IMG/VR virus record: IMGVR_UViG_3300005399_000003
Reading direction: 5' to 3' (one strand)
From: a virus
Taxonomy: Duplodnaviria; Heunggongvirae; Uroviricota; Caudoviricetes
Length of the DNA stretch: 64,000 nucleotides
The position numbers and the translations under genes are program-made. Of this stretch, positions 1 to 9,457 are shown piece by piece. Every line of letters starts with the position of its first letter. Within the stretch, counting starts at the first letter, position 1. The notes beneath the pieces are model-generated. The model was not told the origin of the DNA. It saw only the letters and a program-made list of their open reading frames with translations, and searched no databases.

Positions 1-206
1 GAGCGATTTATGTGAACGACAGCCGCATCACTACTCGCGCCACAAAATGGGGCGCTCGTGCAACCTTAGCCGAGTTTGAATGCCCCCAAAAGGATGTGGC
101 TCGGAAGGTCAAGGACATGGGTTTTAAGAGCCACCTCCGAAACATCGACACTGCTCCGTATGACGCACAGGCGCGTGACATTATCGAAGGAGACACCAAT
201 GACTGA
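1..206 (+). CDS. 3' end of a gene starting upstream of the window; hypothetical (possible HTH-like C-terminus)
   Basis: Frame is open from window edge to the stop at 204-206 and the translation looks protein-like. No start lies inside the window. Confidence 0.3.
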   Translation, partial: AIYVNDSRITTRATKWGARATLAEFECPQKDVARKVKDMGFKSHLRNIDTAPYDAQARDIIEGDTND

Positions 207-405
207 GCAAGTAGAGCGCGTGGCGAAAGCTATCAACGGGCCGCACGATGCAACCCACATAGGCGAAGAAAAGCTGCGCGAATTGCAGGACCACAAATGG
301 GACAGGCAGACCACAAAGCAGGACCGGGCCTGTTGTTTGAACAAAGCCCGCGCCGCTATCGCCGCCATGCAAAAGGACGCCGCTGAATGTGGAGACAGTG
401 CATGA
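199..405 (+). CDS. hypothetical small protein
   Basis: ATG at 199 is preceded by a GAAGGAGA Shine-Dalgarno. The stop overlaps the next start as ATGA. Confidence 0.45.
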   Translation: MTEQVERVAKAINGPHDATHIGEEKLRELQDHKWDRQTTKQDRACCLNKARAAIAAMQKDAAECGDSA

Positions 406-635
406 AAACGATCCTCACCCATATCGCAGCCGCATACATAGGCGCAGGTCTATTCGGCGGCCTTGTCATGCAAGCGGCCGTGCCGACAATGAACACGCTC
501 GGCGTTGCCTATTACACCGCCGCATGGCCCGCCTTTCTGCACTGTGCAAAGTCACAGCTTATGGACTGCGACCCAATGTCGATCATTCCCGAAGACCTGC
601 GTCCTGCAATGTTCAACCTAGAGAGGGCCGGATAA
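402..635 (+). CDS. small membrane protein
   Basis: ATG at 402 overlaps the upstream stop (ATGA). The product has a hydrophobic, glycine-rich helix. Confidence 0.45.
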   Translation: MKTILTHIAAAYIGAGLFGGLVMQAAVPTMNTLGVAYYTAAWPAFLHCAKSQLMDCDPMSIIPEDLRPAMFNLERAG

Positions 636-754
636 TGACCATGTTCGTTCTCGTCGCTCAAGTCCTGCGCATCAACAAGGACTTCCACCCGACAGTGCTC
701 TACATCGGCACGATCCTTCTCGATCTTTATCTGATCGACGTATTGCTCCGCTGA
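635..754 (+). CDS. small hydrophobic peptide (39 aa)
   Basis: TAATG overlap with the upstream gene; the peptide is hydrophobic. Confidence 0.25.
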   Translation: MTMFVLVAQVLRINKDFHPTVLYIGTILLDLYLIDVLLR

Positions 755-815
755 TCATTCTGTATGTTCCTGCTAGAACACTGATATAGCATAGTCAGTA
801 TTGAAGGAGATAAAC

Positions 816-1154
816 ATGAAGTTCATTACAGCGATCACGCTAAGCCTCGGGCTGGCACAGCCTTTGCTGGCCCAGGCAGAAGTGACCGAAGTCATGCCCT
901 GCGAAGCCGTCGGAGAGATAGCCTATGTGATCATGAGCGCCCGACAGGCGGGGATGATCATGTCCGATGTGAGGGCGCGGCTTCTGAGTGAAGAGGCAGG
1001 GGTATACAGCGACATGATGGAGCAATTCATCTTCGATGCTTGGGAAAAGCCTCAGTTTATGACGGAGGAAATCAAAGAGCGGGAGAAGAAAGAGTTTCAG
1101 AACCAGAAGGAGCTGGCCTGCTACAAGGCATACAAGCTGCGCGACGAAGGATAG
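816..1154 (+). CDS. secreted/periplasmic protein with N-terminal signal peptide
   Basis: GAAGGAGA RBS precedes ATG 816. The N-terminus MKFITAITLSLGLAQPLLAQA looks like a signal peptide. Confidence 0.55.
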   Translation: MKFITAITLSLGLAQPLLAQAEVTEVMPCEAVGEIAYVIMSARQAGMIMSDVRARLLSEEAGVYSDMMEQFIFDAWEKPQFMTEEIKEREKKEFQNQKELACYKAYKLRDEG

Positions 1155-1160
1155 AAGAAG

Positions 1161-1190
1161 CCTAACCCGATGGGTTAGGTGCGTCTTTTA
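1161..1190 (+). terminator. rho-independent terminator
   Basis: Hairpin CCTAACCC-GA-TGGGTTAGG followed by a TCTTTT run. Confidence 0.6.
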
Positions 1191-1238
1191 GCACAAGTCA
1201 GCTTTGACTTACCACAACGAGAGGGGCATAACAGACCC

Positions 1239-3161
1239 ATGAAATTCACACAGATCACCTTACAAAACTTCGGGCGCATCAAAGAGGCGACCGTGAAGCT
1301 ATCTGATCGGGGACTTGTCCTCATTCAGGGTCAAAACATGGATGGCTCCGCTGCGAACAGCAACGGTGCCGGCAAATCTACACTGGTCGAGGCAATCAGC
1401 TGGGTGCTCTACGGCAAGACCGCAAAGGGTGTCACGGGCGACAGCGTCATCAACCGCGAAGCGGGAAAGAACTGTGCCGTTCATCTGACAATCGAAGATG
1501 GTGACGAGAGCTACACGATTAGCCGCGGGCGCAAGCACAAGGTTCTCAAGTCGAAGCTGCATGTCACGACAGGTGACGGCAAAGTCGATCTGACAAAGGG
1601 CACCGACAAGCTGACACAGGATGTCGTCAACAAGATCATTGGCTGCCCCTATGATGTCTTCGTCGCCGCAGTCTACGCAGGGCAAGAAGCCGTGCCCGAT
1701 CTTCCCGGCATGGGTGACAAACAGCTCAAGCTCCTGATCGAAGAAGCCGCGGGCATCACTGAGCTTGAGGAAGCCTATGTGAAGGCCCGGGCCGACGCGC
1801 AAGACATCGGCGCTGAGTATGAGCGCGCCGCAGGGCGTGTCGAGCGTGCCGATACGGGTATTGAGCATGCCCGCATTCGCATGGAAGACGCCGAGCGCAG
1901 CGCGAAACGCTGGGAGGGTGAGCGTGATGCGCGCCTTATGGACATCGAAACCCAGGCTAAGACCTCGATCGAGGAAGCAAAGCGCCTGAAGGAAGCTTTG
2001 GGCAAAGACAGCCCGCTCAAGGAGCTGAACGAGCAGCTCGACAAGGCGATGGTCAGCAAGGGCAAGCTCGATCAGGAAGCTGAGACGGAAGACGATCACA
2101 AGACGGTGCTCAAAGACGCTGAGCGCGTGGTCACAGGCGTCGAAACCAAGATCGGGATGGTTAAGACGCAGCTCAAGAAGGCGAAGGACTACGAGAAGGA
2201 AGTCGAGGGCCAGATGGGTCAGCCCTGCGAAGCGTGCGGGCGGGACCATGACGAGACATCGCTGGAAAAGACCATCGAATACGCCAAGGGCAAAGTGCAA
2301 GAAGTCGCAAACGAAGCCCGCGCCCTGATCGCTGAGCTAAAGGATGCTCAGAGAAGCGCACAGAGCGCCCGTGAGAGCTTGGAGAAGTATCAAGCGGGGA
2401 TGACTGACCCAACGCACTTGGAAGCCCACATAGGGGCGCTGAGAGCGAAGATCAAAGAGCGCACCGATCAAGAAGCCGAAGTTGTGAGAGCGAAGAAGAC
2501 GGCTCAAGAGGCGCTTGACCTGCTCAAAGCTGAGCGGGCGCGGGAAAACCCCTATCTGCCTGAAATCAAGGATCGCAAGAGCGATCTGAGTGAGGCGGTT
2601 AAGAAGCGCACTGAGGCTGAGAAGGCCCGTAAAGAGATCATGGAGGAGGCGAAGATCGCCAAAGGGGTTGTTGAAGTGTTCAGCCCCAAAGGCGTGCGCG
2701 CCCGCATCCTTGATACCGTCACGCCCTATCTCAACGAGCGCACGGCGCACTATCTCGGCGTTCTCGGCGACGGGCGACTGCAAGCACGTTGGTCAACGAT
2801 CAGTCTGACAGCAAAGGGCGAGGCACGCGAGAAGTTCGCCATTGATGCATCCGATCTCGAAGACGGTGGCAACTTTGCTGACCTCTCGGGCGGGGAGAAG
2901 CGCCGGGTAAGATTGGCATGCGCCCTGGCACTGCAAGACTTGGTCGCAACCCGCGCTGCAAAGGCAATCGACTTGTTTGTCGCCGACGAGATCGACGCGG
3001 CGCTCGATGTCGCAGGGTTGGAGCGCTTGATGACGGTGCTTGAAGAGAAGGGCCGCGAGCGGGGCAGCGTGATCGTGATCAGCCACACGGATCTGAGAGA
3101 TTGGTGTTCCAATACGATCACGGTGCGCAGAGAGAATGGAACATCGAAGGTGATCGAATGA
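1239..3161 (+). CDS. SbcC/Rad50-like SMC-family ATPase (T4 gp46-like)
   Basis: Walker A GAGKST at the N-terminus and a long coiled-coil middle region. The C-terminus carries the signature LSGGEKRRV, Walker B LFVADEIDAALD and an H-loop SHT. Confidence 0.8.
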   Translation: MKFTQITLQNFGRIKEATVKLSDRGLVLIQGQNMDGSAANSNGAGKSTLVEAISWVLYGKTAKGVTGDSVINREAGKNCAVHLTIEDGDESYTISRGRKHKVLKSKLHVTTGDGKVDLTKGTDKLTQDVVNKIIGCPYDVFVAAVYAGQEAVPDLPGMGDKQLKLLIEEAAGITELEEAYVKARADAQDIGAEYERAAGRVERADTGIEHARIRMEDAERSAKRWEGERDARLMDIETQAKTSIEEAKRLKEALGKDSPLKELNEQLDKAMVSKGKLDQEAETEDDHKTVLKDAERVVTGVETKIGMVKTQLKKAKDYEKEVEGQMGQPCEACGRDHDETSLEKTIEYAKGKVQEVANEARALIAELKDAQRSAQSARESLEKYQAGMTDPTHLEAHIGALRAKIKERTDQEAEVVRAKKTAQEALDLLKAERARENPYLPEIKDRKSDLSEAVKKRTEAEKARKEIMEEAKIAKGVVEVFSPKGVRARILDTVTPYLNERTAHYLGVLGDGRLQARWSTISLTAKGEAREKFAIDASDLEDGGNFADLSGGEKRRVRLACALALQDLVATRAAKAIDLFVADEIDAALDVAGLERLMTVLEEKGRERGSVIVISHTDLRDWCSNTITVRRENGTSKVIE

Positions 3162-3661
3162 CTTTGAAGGAAGAGAAGCTGGCAGCCAAGAAGATCTCCG
3201 AGGAGCTGCTGAGTGAATACGGGATGGAGGTTCTCAAGGTTGCGCTGCTCGGTGTGAAGATCGACGTGCATCCGGGCGCCCATGTCACCTGCTACGACAA
3301 GGACAAGACAGGCCCCGGCGGGGTGCCTTCGCGCTTTTCCAAAGGGCTCGCGGTCAATGGTCAGGAGCTGATCATTAAGGATATTCGATCAGGCTCAAAG
3401 CATAAGGTCATCTTCATCTGCGAGATTGCGGATGGGGAGTTCTCAGGCATCTCCTTCTCGGGCAAGCCGATCCCTTTTGACCGAATGGGCATTGAGATTA
3501 CCGCCTATGATCTGCCCGCAACCGTCAAAGCCTTCGAGAACATCTTTCAGTGCATTCGAGATATGGATGAGGACGATCCGCGCTTCGACGACCCGCCCCA
3601 TGAGGCGCGGCCTGCTATCACTACAGAAGAACTCGCCGCCGAAGGCTTCGGGGCATGGTAA
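3158..3661 (+). CDS. hypothetical protein with C-terminal EGFGAW tail
   Basis: ATGA overlap with the upstream gene. No Mre11/SbcD phosphoesterase motifs are present. Confidence 0.5.
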   Translation: MTLKEEKLAAKKISEELLSEYGMEVLKVALLGVKIDVHPGAHVTCYDKDKTGPGGVPSRFSKGLAVNGQELIIKDIRSGSKHKVIFICEIADGEFSGISFSGKPIPFDRMGIEITAYDLPATVKAFENIFQCIRDMDEDDPRFDDPPHEARPAITTEELAAEGFGAW

Positions 3662-3671
3662 AGGAAAACAC

Positions 3672-4238
3672 ATGAGCAAGATCACCATTCTCGGACACGA
3701 CCCGAGCTTCGCCAACTGGGGCTTTGCCCTTGTCGATGTGGACGTTGCAACGCTAGAGATGCACCCCAAGCTGATTTATCTGCAAAAGACCGCGAAGTCG
3801 AAGAACAAGCAGGTGCGGGCCAGCTCCGACAAGCTGACCCGTGCGCGGCAGCTTCGGGAAACCTTTCTCAAGCTGGAAGCTAAGGCGCATATGAATGCGG
3901 CCGAGGTTCCCGAAGGCTCGAAGTCCGCGGCGGCCGCCACAGCTTTGGGCATCGCTACAGGGGTGCTTGCATGTCACAGCAAACCCTTGATCGAGGTCAA
4001 CCCTGTAGGGGTCAAGAAGGCGATTACGGGCTATTCCCAAGCCTCCAAAGAGGAGATGCTTGAGTGGGCCGTGGGGCTTTACCCTGATCTGCCGTGGAAG
4101 AAGGGTAAGGCGATGCTGGGCAAATATGCCGGGGAGTGCGAACACCTCGCCGATGCGTTGGCGATTGTCTACACTGCGATCCGTACCGAGCAGTTCAAGC
4201 AAGCCGCTGCCATGTTCTCTGTAGGCCACGCCGCATAA
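3672..4238 (+). CDS. RuvC-like Holliday junction resolvase
   Basis: N-terminal ILGHDPSFANWGFALVD and C-terminal EHLADALAIVYTA are RuvC-fold motifs. Confidence 0.65.
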   Translation: MSKITILGHDPSFANWGFALVDVDVATLEMHPKLIYLQKTAKSKNKQVRASSDKLTRARQLRETFLKLEAKAHMNAAEVPEGSKSAAAATALGIATGVLACHSKPLIEVNPVGVKKAITGYSQASKEEMLEWAVGLYPDLPWKKGKAMLGKYAGECEHLADALAIVYTAIRTEQFKQAAAMFSVGHAA

Positions 4239-4324
4239 TCTTCTTGCACCATATATAGTAAGTCATTACTGACTGGTGTATAGTTATAGGTCTGGTCAAT
4301 CGTAAATCCCGAAAGAGGAAACCC

Positions 4325-6730
4325 ATGAAGGATACAATCTCCCCCGCCGCAGAAGTGCGGGAATTTGCCCCCGGTATTGGTCGCGCTGTCGCTGATCGCA
4401 CTGTGGCCCGTAAGGTTATCAAACAGCACGATGGCGTGCAGTTTCACAACATCACCCTGCCGCGTGACGACAAGCAGTCATTGGACGCTCAAGTTGCCAA
4501 ACACGCCAAGAACGAAGGGCTGATCTACTCTGGCTATCACGTCAAGCACGGCAATGATCGCAACGTGGTGCTGACCCTCTATGTGACGGGCGAGGAACGT
4601 CGGGAGAACTGGGTTGAAGTGGCAGATCGGGTCGCACTGGGCAATGCATCCCTGAACCCCGCAGACTTTGATAGTGAGGTCGTGATCTTCGCAGATCACC
4701 TACGCCGCGCCACCACCCTCATGTCGGGCCGTCATCTACAGCACGGCGATGAGAACCAGAAGAACCGCCCCTTTGAGGTCTTTACGAACTGTTCGACCGC
4801 ACCTCTGACTTCCCTTTCCTTCTATCTGCTGCTCAACGGCTCGGGCGTTGGGCGAGACTACTCCGATGAAATGATGGTCGCTGACTGGGCCGACATGCCC
4901 ATCGTGGTTCCGGTGATCAGCGAAACCCACGCAGACGTCGCCTCTGGGCTCGCTGCGGGTTACTCGACTATCGCAGACGTTGAACACCTCTACGCTGATC
5001 GCAAGATCACCATCTTCAATGTCCCTGACAGCCGCGAAGGCTGGGCTGAGGGCGTCGCTAAGATGGAAGAGATGGCATATGAAAAGCGCCGCGATGAAGT
5101 GCTGGTGCTGGACTTCTCCGAAGTGCGCCCGAATGGCGCCCCGATCGGCGGCATGCAGAGCCGCCCAGCATCTGGCCCCGGCCCATTGATGTCCGCAATC
5201 GTCAAGATCGCAGCCCTGCGCGACGCAGGCATGCCTGCTTGGCGCTCCAATCTCTATGCTGACCACTACTGCGCCGCGGTTGTTCTGGTGGGCGGTGCGC
5301 GTCGTGCGGCTCGCATGTCGACAAAGTGGTGGATGGACCCCGGCGTTCTGGATTTCGTCAAGGTCAAGATGGGCGGGCGCTTCTTGTGGTCGTCAAACAA
5401 CTCCGTCACCGTCGATGCGCAGTTCTGGACATGCGTGAAAAACGCCACCACCGACAACGAGCATCCCGTCACAGAGCTGGACGAATGGGCGCTCAAGGTC
5501 TTCAACGCTGTCACCGAAGCCTCGTACAAAGACGGCACAGGCGAGCCCGGCTTCATCAATGTGGACATGTTCGACGCCAAAATCCCCAAGGGCGGTGTTG
5601 GTGAGATCAACTTCGACCACGTTCTCGATACGACCCGCTTGAACTTCACCTCTGGCTTTAAGGAGATGATGGTCGATGTGGTGGAGCGCGGTGCAAAGTC
5701 CAGCTTCCCGATGATCACCAACCCCTGCGGGGAAATTCAGCTGGTCAAATGGGGCGGCTACTGCGTGATTGCAGACGTTGTGCCTTATCACGCTGACAAT
5801 CTCGATGACGCCGAGCAGGCGTTCCGGGCCACAACCCGCGCTCTCATTCGTACCAACTTGATGAACCCGCTGTTTAAGGGCGAGGTCAAACGCACCAATC
5901 GCATCGGGGTTGGCATCACGGGTTTGCACGAGTTTGCCCTCAAGTTCTTCGGCTACGGTTGGCACGATCTTGTGGACGAGAAGAAGTCGCAGGACTTCTG
6001 GGATACAATTGCCCGCTTTGCGCGTGCCGTGAAGATCGAGGCGACGATCTATGCGGGCAAGCTAGGGGTTGCATCTCCACACACAGACACCACGATGAAG
6101 CCTGCGGGCACAACCTCCAAGCTCTTCGGGCTGACCGAGGGTGCGCATTTGCCTGCGATGCTGACCTACCTGCGGTGGGTGCAGTTCCGCTCTGACGATC
6201 CGTTGGTCGAAGAGTACAAGGCCAAGGGCTACCCGACCAAGACCCTGCGTAGCTATGATGGCACAACTGTCGTGGGCTTCCCAACTGCCCCGGCGATTGT
6301 CGAGCTGGCCCGCGAATTGGGTTTGGAAGATAAGCTGGTCACGGCCGCCGAAGCCACGCCCGAGGAGCAGTTTGAGTATCTGCGCTTGCTGGAGAAATAC
6401 TGGATCGCGGGTAACATGAAGGACGATACTGGCAATCAGATCTCCTACACGCTCAAGTATGACCCCGAGCAGGTCGACTTCGATGCTTACCGCGCCTCGA
6501 TGTTGAAGAACATGCCGACGGTGAAATGCGTCTCGGTGATGCCCCAGGTCGATACCACGGCCTATGAGTATCAGCCCGAGGAGCCTGTCACCAAAGAGGT
6601 CTTCGAGCGCATCGCGGCAGAGATTGCCAATGCCCAGACGGCACAGGTGATGGAAGAGAGTATCGACTACGAGCATCTTGCCTGCGATGCGGGCGGCTGC
6701 CCGATCTCCTTCGACAAAGACGGCATCTAA
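4325..6730 (+). CDS. nrdJ: ribonucleotide reductase, class II (adenosylcobalamin-dependent, NrdJ-like)
   Basis: NPCGEIQL active-site motif in an 801-aa single chain. No small subunit is encoded nearby. Confidence 0.8.
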   Translation: MKDTISPAAEVREFAPGIGRAVADRTVARKVIKQHDGVQFHNITLPRDDKQSLDAQVAKHAKNEGLIYSGYHVKHGNDRNVVLTLYVTGEERRENWVEVADRVALGNASLNPADFDSEVVIFADHLRRATTLMSGRHLQHGDENQKNRPFEVFTNCSTAPLTSLSFYLLLNGSGVGRDYSDEMMVADWADMPIVVPVISETHADVASGLAAGYSTIADVEHLYADRKITIFNVPDSREGWAEGVAKMEEMAYEKRRDEVLVLDFSEVRPNGAPIGGMQSRPASGPGPLMSAIVKIAALRDAGMPAWRSNLYADHYCAAVVLVGGARRAARMSTKWWMDPGVLDFVKVKMGGRFLWSSNNSVTVDAQFWTCVKNATTDNEHPVTELDEWALKVFNAVTEASYKDGTGEPGFINVDMFDAKIPKGGVGEINFDHVLDTTRLNFTSGFKEMMVDVVERGAKSSFPMITNPCGEIQLVKWGGYCVIADVVPYHADNLDDAEQAFRATTRALIRTNLMNPLFKGEVKRTNRIGVGITGLHEFALKFFGYGWHDLVDEKKSQDFWDTIARFARAVKIEATIYAGKLGVASPHTDTTMKPAGTTSKLFGLTEGAHLPAMLTYLRWVQFRSDDPLVEEYKAKGYPTKTLRSYDGTTVVGFPTAPAIVELARELGLEDKLVTAAEATPEEQFEYLRLLEKYWIAGNMKDDTGNQISYTLKYDPEQVDFDAYRASMLKNMPTVKCVSVMPQVDTTAYEYQPEEPVTKEVFERIAAEIANAQTAQVMEESIDYEHLACDAGGCPISFDKDGI

Positions 6731-6736
6731 GACCTG

Positions 6737-6770
6737 AAAGCCCGGCCGCCTTGGTCGGGCTTTCCCTTAT
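6737..6770 (+). terminator. intrinsic terminator hairpin
   Basis: AAAGCCCGG...CGGGCTTT stem followed by TCCCTT. Confidence 0.5.
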
Positions 6771-6812
6771 CTGCAACGAATAGTCAGCAATGACTTACTC
6801 AGGAACAATCTT

Positions 6813-6992
6813 ATGGCTAGGATCAGGACATCAGACGAGGCGCCCGACTACTTCGACAGCTTGGACGACCTTGCCGATGGCGGGGTCTTTGACCGCATCG
6901 GTGGCGCGCGCAGTGAAGAAGAAGCCCTCTCGGAGCTTTTCGACGACCCGACTTACGGCGGGTCCATGGATGATGAGGACGAAGACGAATGA
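6813..6992 (+). CDS. small highly acidic protein (59 aa)
   Basis: ATG 6813 after AGGAAC. The stop overlaps the next start (ATGA). The C-terminus is the aspartate/glutamate run DDEDEDE. Confidence 0.35.
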   Translation: MARIRTSDEAPDYFDSLDDLADGGVFDRIGGARSEEEALSELFDDPTYGGSMDDEDEDE

Positions 6993-7642
6993 ACAAGCAG
7001 GTCAAACTCACCCCGCAGGGGGAACTTACCGAGCGCGCCAAGGAGGCAGAGTGGTTCGAAACGCCCACTTGGGCCGTCAAAAGCATCCTCAAGAAGGAAC
7101 TGATGACCCTCCACATCGTCGACCCCTGTGCGGGGCGGGGCGTGCTTGGCAAAGCCGCGAAAGAGGCGGACCACTTCGTCCATGAGTATGACCTGAACAA
7201 GTGGCCTGGGCAGCCGCCAAGCGTTCATGCGCCCTTTGACTACCTTGGGCCTATGAATGATGTCAGTCGCACTGTGAAGGGCGCTGTGGGGCCAGCACCG
7301 TTTACTGTACTGATGAACCCGCCATTCACTTTGACCATCGACTTCATCGAGCGCAGCTTCCGTCTTGGCGCGCGTAAGATCGTCATGTTCCAACGCCTTG
7401 CCTTTCTTGAGAGCGCCACCCGTCGAGGCTTCTTCGAGCGCATGATGCCGGCGCGGGTTTGGGTCTGCGGTGATCGTGCGACATGTTGGCGCGGGGACAT
7501 TCCCGAAGAGACCTACACCGACGAGAACGGCGAGGAGATCAGGGGCCGTAAGGGGCGCAGCGCCTCAACACCCCATGCCTGGTTCGTTTGGGAGGCAGGC
7601 CACCGCGGGGCTGGCGTACTCCAGCACCTGTATAAGGACTGA
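6989..7642 (+). CDS. DNA N6-adenine (or N4-C) methyltransferase, orphan
   Basis: Motif I VDPCAGRG is followed by motif IV NPPF. No restriction endonuclease is adjacent. Confidence 0.65.
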   Translation: MNKQVKLTPQGELTERAKEAEWFETPTWAVKSILKKELMTLHIVDPCAGRGVLGKAAKEADHFVHEYDLNKWPGQPPSVHAPFDYLGPMNDVSRTVKGAVGPAPFTVLMNPPFTLTIDFIERSFRLGARKIVMFQRLAFLESATRRGFFERMMPARVWVCGDRATCWRGDIPEETYTDENGEEIRGRKGRSASTPHAWFVWEAGHRGAGVLQHLYKD

Positions 7643-7730
7643 CTTACCCTCTGGACTGAAAACCCTATTGCCCGTCCAGCTATGATGGGCAATAACAAGT
7701 AAGCAATGACTTACACAGCAATGAGGGAAC

Positions 7731-8723
7731 ATGGGCCAAGTATTCACACACCCTGGACAGCCGCAGATGCAGGCAGAGATTATTCTCGCCTCGCAATCGA
7801 CGGTGCCTGGGGCAAAGCCGATCTACACGATCCGTGGGCGCTACCCGCGCCCCATTCATGGCGAGGTCATGACGCATCGCAAGTTCGGCCGCAACGCGCG
7901 GTCATCGCGGGCTGTGCCTGTCATGACGATGCTGCTTGAAACCACGTCGATCCCGTTCGTCCCGTGGCACTGGCACAAGAACCAGCCGGGGATGCAGGGC
8001 AAGGTGCCGCTGACTCCCGAAGAAGAGAAGCAAGCTAAGATTGCTTGGCTGCGGGCGCGTGATGCGGCAGTCGAAGCTGTAGAGGTGCTCTTCGACAAGG
8101 ACGGGCTGAACATTCACAAGCAGAACCCCAATCGCCTGCTTGAGCCCTTCGCGTGGATCGACGTGCTGATCACGACGACCGACATCGAGAACTTCCTGTG
8201 GCTGCGCGACCACGAAGACGCTGAGCCCCACCTTCGGGACTGGGCGCGCTTGGTGAAGCAAGCGGTCGATGCTGCTGAGATTCAAACGCTGGAGCCCGGG
8301 CAGTGGCACTTGCCGTATATCACAGCCGACGACATCGCCCATGCCCGCATGAGCTTTGGCGCAACCCTCTGCGGCTCGCATGGCGATGCGATCAACGAGT
8401 TCCTGCGCAAGCTCAGCGCGGCCCGTTGTGCGCGTATCTCCTACAAGCCCTTCGACGGCGATGCGTCCTACGAAAAAGAGCTTGCCCGTTACGATCTGCT
8501 GGTCAGTTCAGATCGGGTTCATGCCTCCCCGACAGAGCATCAGGCGACACCTGATGTGAAGCACTTCTTCAAGGACTGGGAATATGAGCGCGCGAAGGAG
8601 ATGGGCATCGACCTTGATCGTCTTGCTTGGGACAAGCCCCATCTGCACGGCAATCTCGACGGCTACATTCAGGCCCGCAAGCTGATCCCCAACGAGTGCT
8701 GGCACGAAGGGATCGAGGCATGA
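7731..8723 (+). CDS. putative ThyX-like flavin-dependent thymidylate synthase (divergent)
   Basis: THRKFGRNARSSR resembles the ThyX RHR-X7-S motif. The gene sits in a nucleotide-metabolism neighbourhood. Confidence 0.4.
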   Translation: MGQVFTHPGQPQMQAEIILASQSTVPGAKPIYTIRGRYPRPIHGEVMTHRKFGRNARSSRAVPVMTMLLETTSIPFVPWHWHKNQPGMQGKVPLTPEEEKQAKIAWLRARDAAVEAVEVLFDKDGLNIHKQNPNRLLEPFAWIDVLITTTDIENFLWLRDHEDAEPHLRDWARLVKQAVDAAEIQTLEPGQWHLPYITADDIAHARMSFGATLCGSHGDAINEFLRKLSAARCARISYKPFDGDASYEKELARYDLLVSSDRVHASPTEHQATPDVKHFFKDWEYERAKEMGIDLDRLAWDKPHLHGNLDGYIQARKLIPNECWHEGIEA

Positions 8724-9043
8724 CTGGATACCCGCGCCGCGACGGCTCATGGGATTTCTATGTGATCGAAAGCCTCTGGGAGAAGAACCCAGACAAGGAC
8801 TGGGGTTGCTACATATGGGTTGACACCTTTGACACGAAAGAGCGCATCGAGGCCCTTGGTCTCGACTACGAAATGACAACGCTCAACGCATCAGGCGTCA
8901 TCTGGCAGCAGTCGGGTATTCACGGCACCCAATCGCTCGAATACGCCCGCGTCCTGCTGCGCCTGTGCAACAAGCATCGCCCCGAACACGCGCACCGCAT
9001 CGTTAAGCGCCGCGTGACGCGCGAGACTGAGGTGGTCGAATGA
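8720..9043 (+). CDS. hypothetical protein
   Basis: ATGA overlap with the upstream gene; the ORF is protein-like. Confidence 0.5.
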   Translation: MTGYPRRDGSWDFYVIESLWEKNPDKDWGCYIWVDTFDTKERIEALGLDYEMTTLNASGVIWQQSGIHGTQSLEYARVLLRLCNKHRPEHAHRIVKRRVTRETEVVE

Positions 9044-9104
9044 GAGCCATCACTGATCGCATCTTCAACTGGCTCGCCGACTTTCTCGACGGCGAACTCG
9101 ACGA

Positions 9105-9284
9105 ATGAAGCTGAGCGCCCTGGATTGGTGCAGCGCGGCATGTGCTGACGCTGTGGTCGAAGCCCTCCCGATCAATGCCCTTGTGGCTGCCCGGGAGGTC
9201 TCGACGACCCCAGAGGACTTCTTCTGGGCGGTGCAGGGCGCGGTGCTTCTTCAAGACACACTCAAGCTAAAGGAAACGCAATGA
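9105..9284 (+). CDS. hypothetical small protein
   Basis: Part of a chain of overlapping ATGA junctions: 9040-9108, 9105-9284, 9281-9457. Confidence 0.3.
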   Translation: MKLSALDWCSAACADAVVEALPINALVAAREVSTTPEDFFWAVQGAVLLQDTLKLKETQ

Positions 9285-9457
9285 TCATTGCCTTTGCCCT
9301 TCTTGCCATAAGCCTGCCTGCGAATGCCGCAGCGGGCCTGTTTCTAGCCCGTCAGAACGGCTGGACGAACCCCGAGGTACATGCGGGCATCGCCGCCATC
9401 ATGCCTCCCTACGGCGCATTCTGCGCCATCACCCTTCTCATTCAGGAGACAGAATAA
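9281..9457 (+). CDS. small membrane protein (possible SPFH partner)
   Basis: AAGGAAAC RBS. Two hydrophobic helices. TAATG overlap with the SPFH gene. Confidence 0.4.
   Translation: MIIAFALLAISLPANAAAGLFLARQNGWTNPEVHAGIAAIMPPYGAFCAITLLIQETE

Noticed and set aside
3158-3661. SbcD/Mre11 nuclease partner of the SbcC-like ATPase
   Set aside because: No DxH, GDxxD or GNHE phosphoesterase motifs, and too short.
5393-6676. Long minus-strand ORFs (190 and 204 aa) antisense to the RNR gene
   Set aside because: High-GC antisense frames. They sit entirely inside a well-supported + strand gene and have no RBS or motifs.
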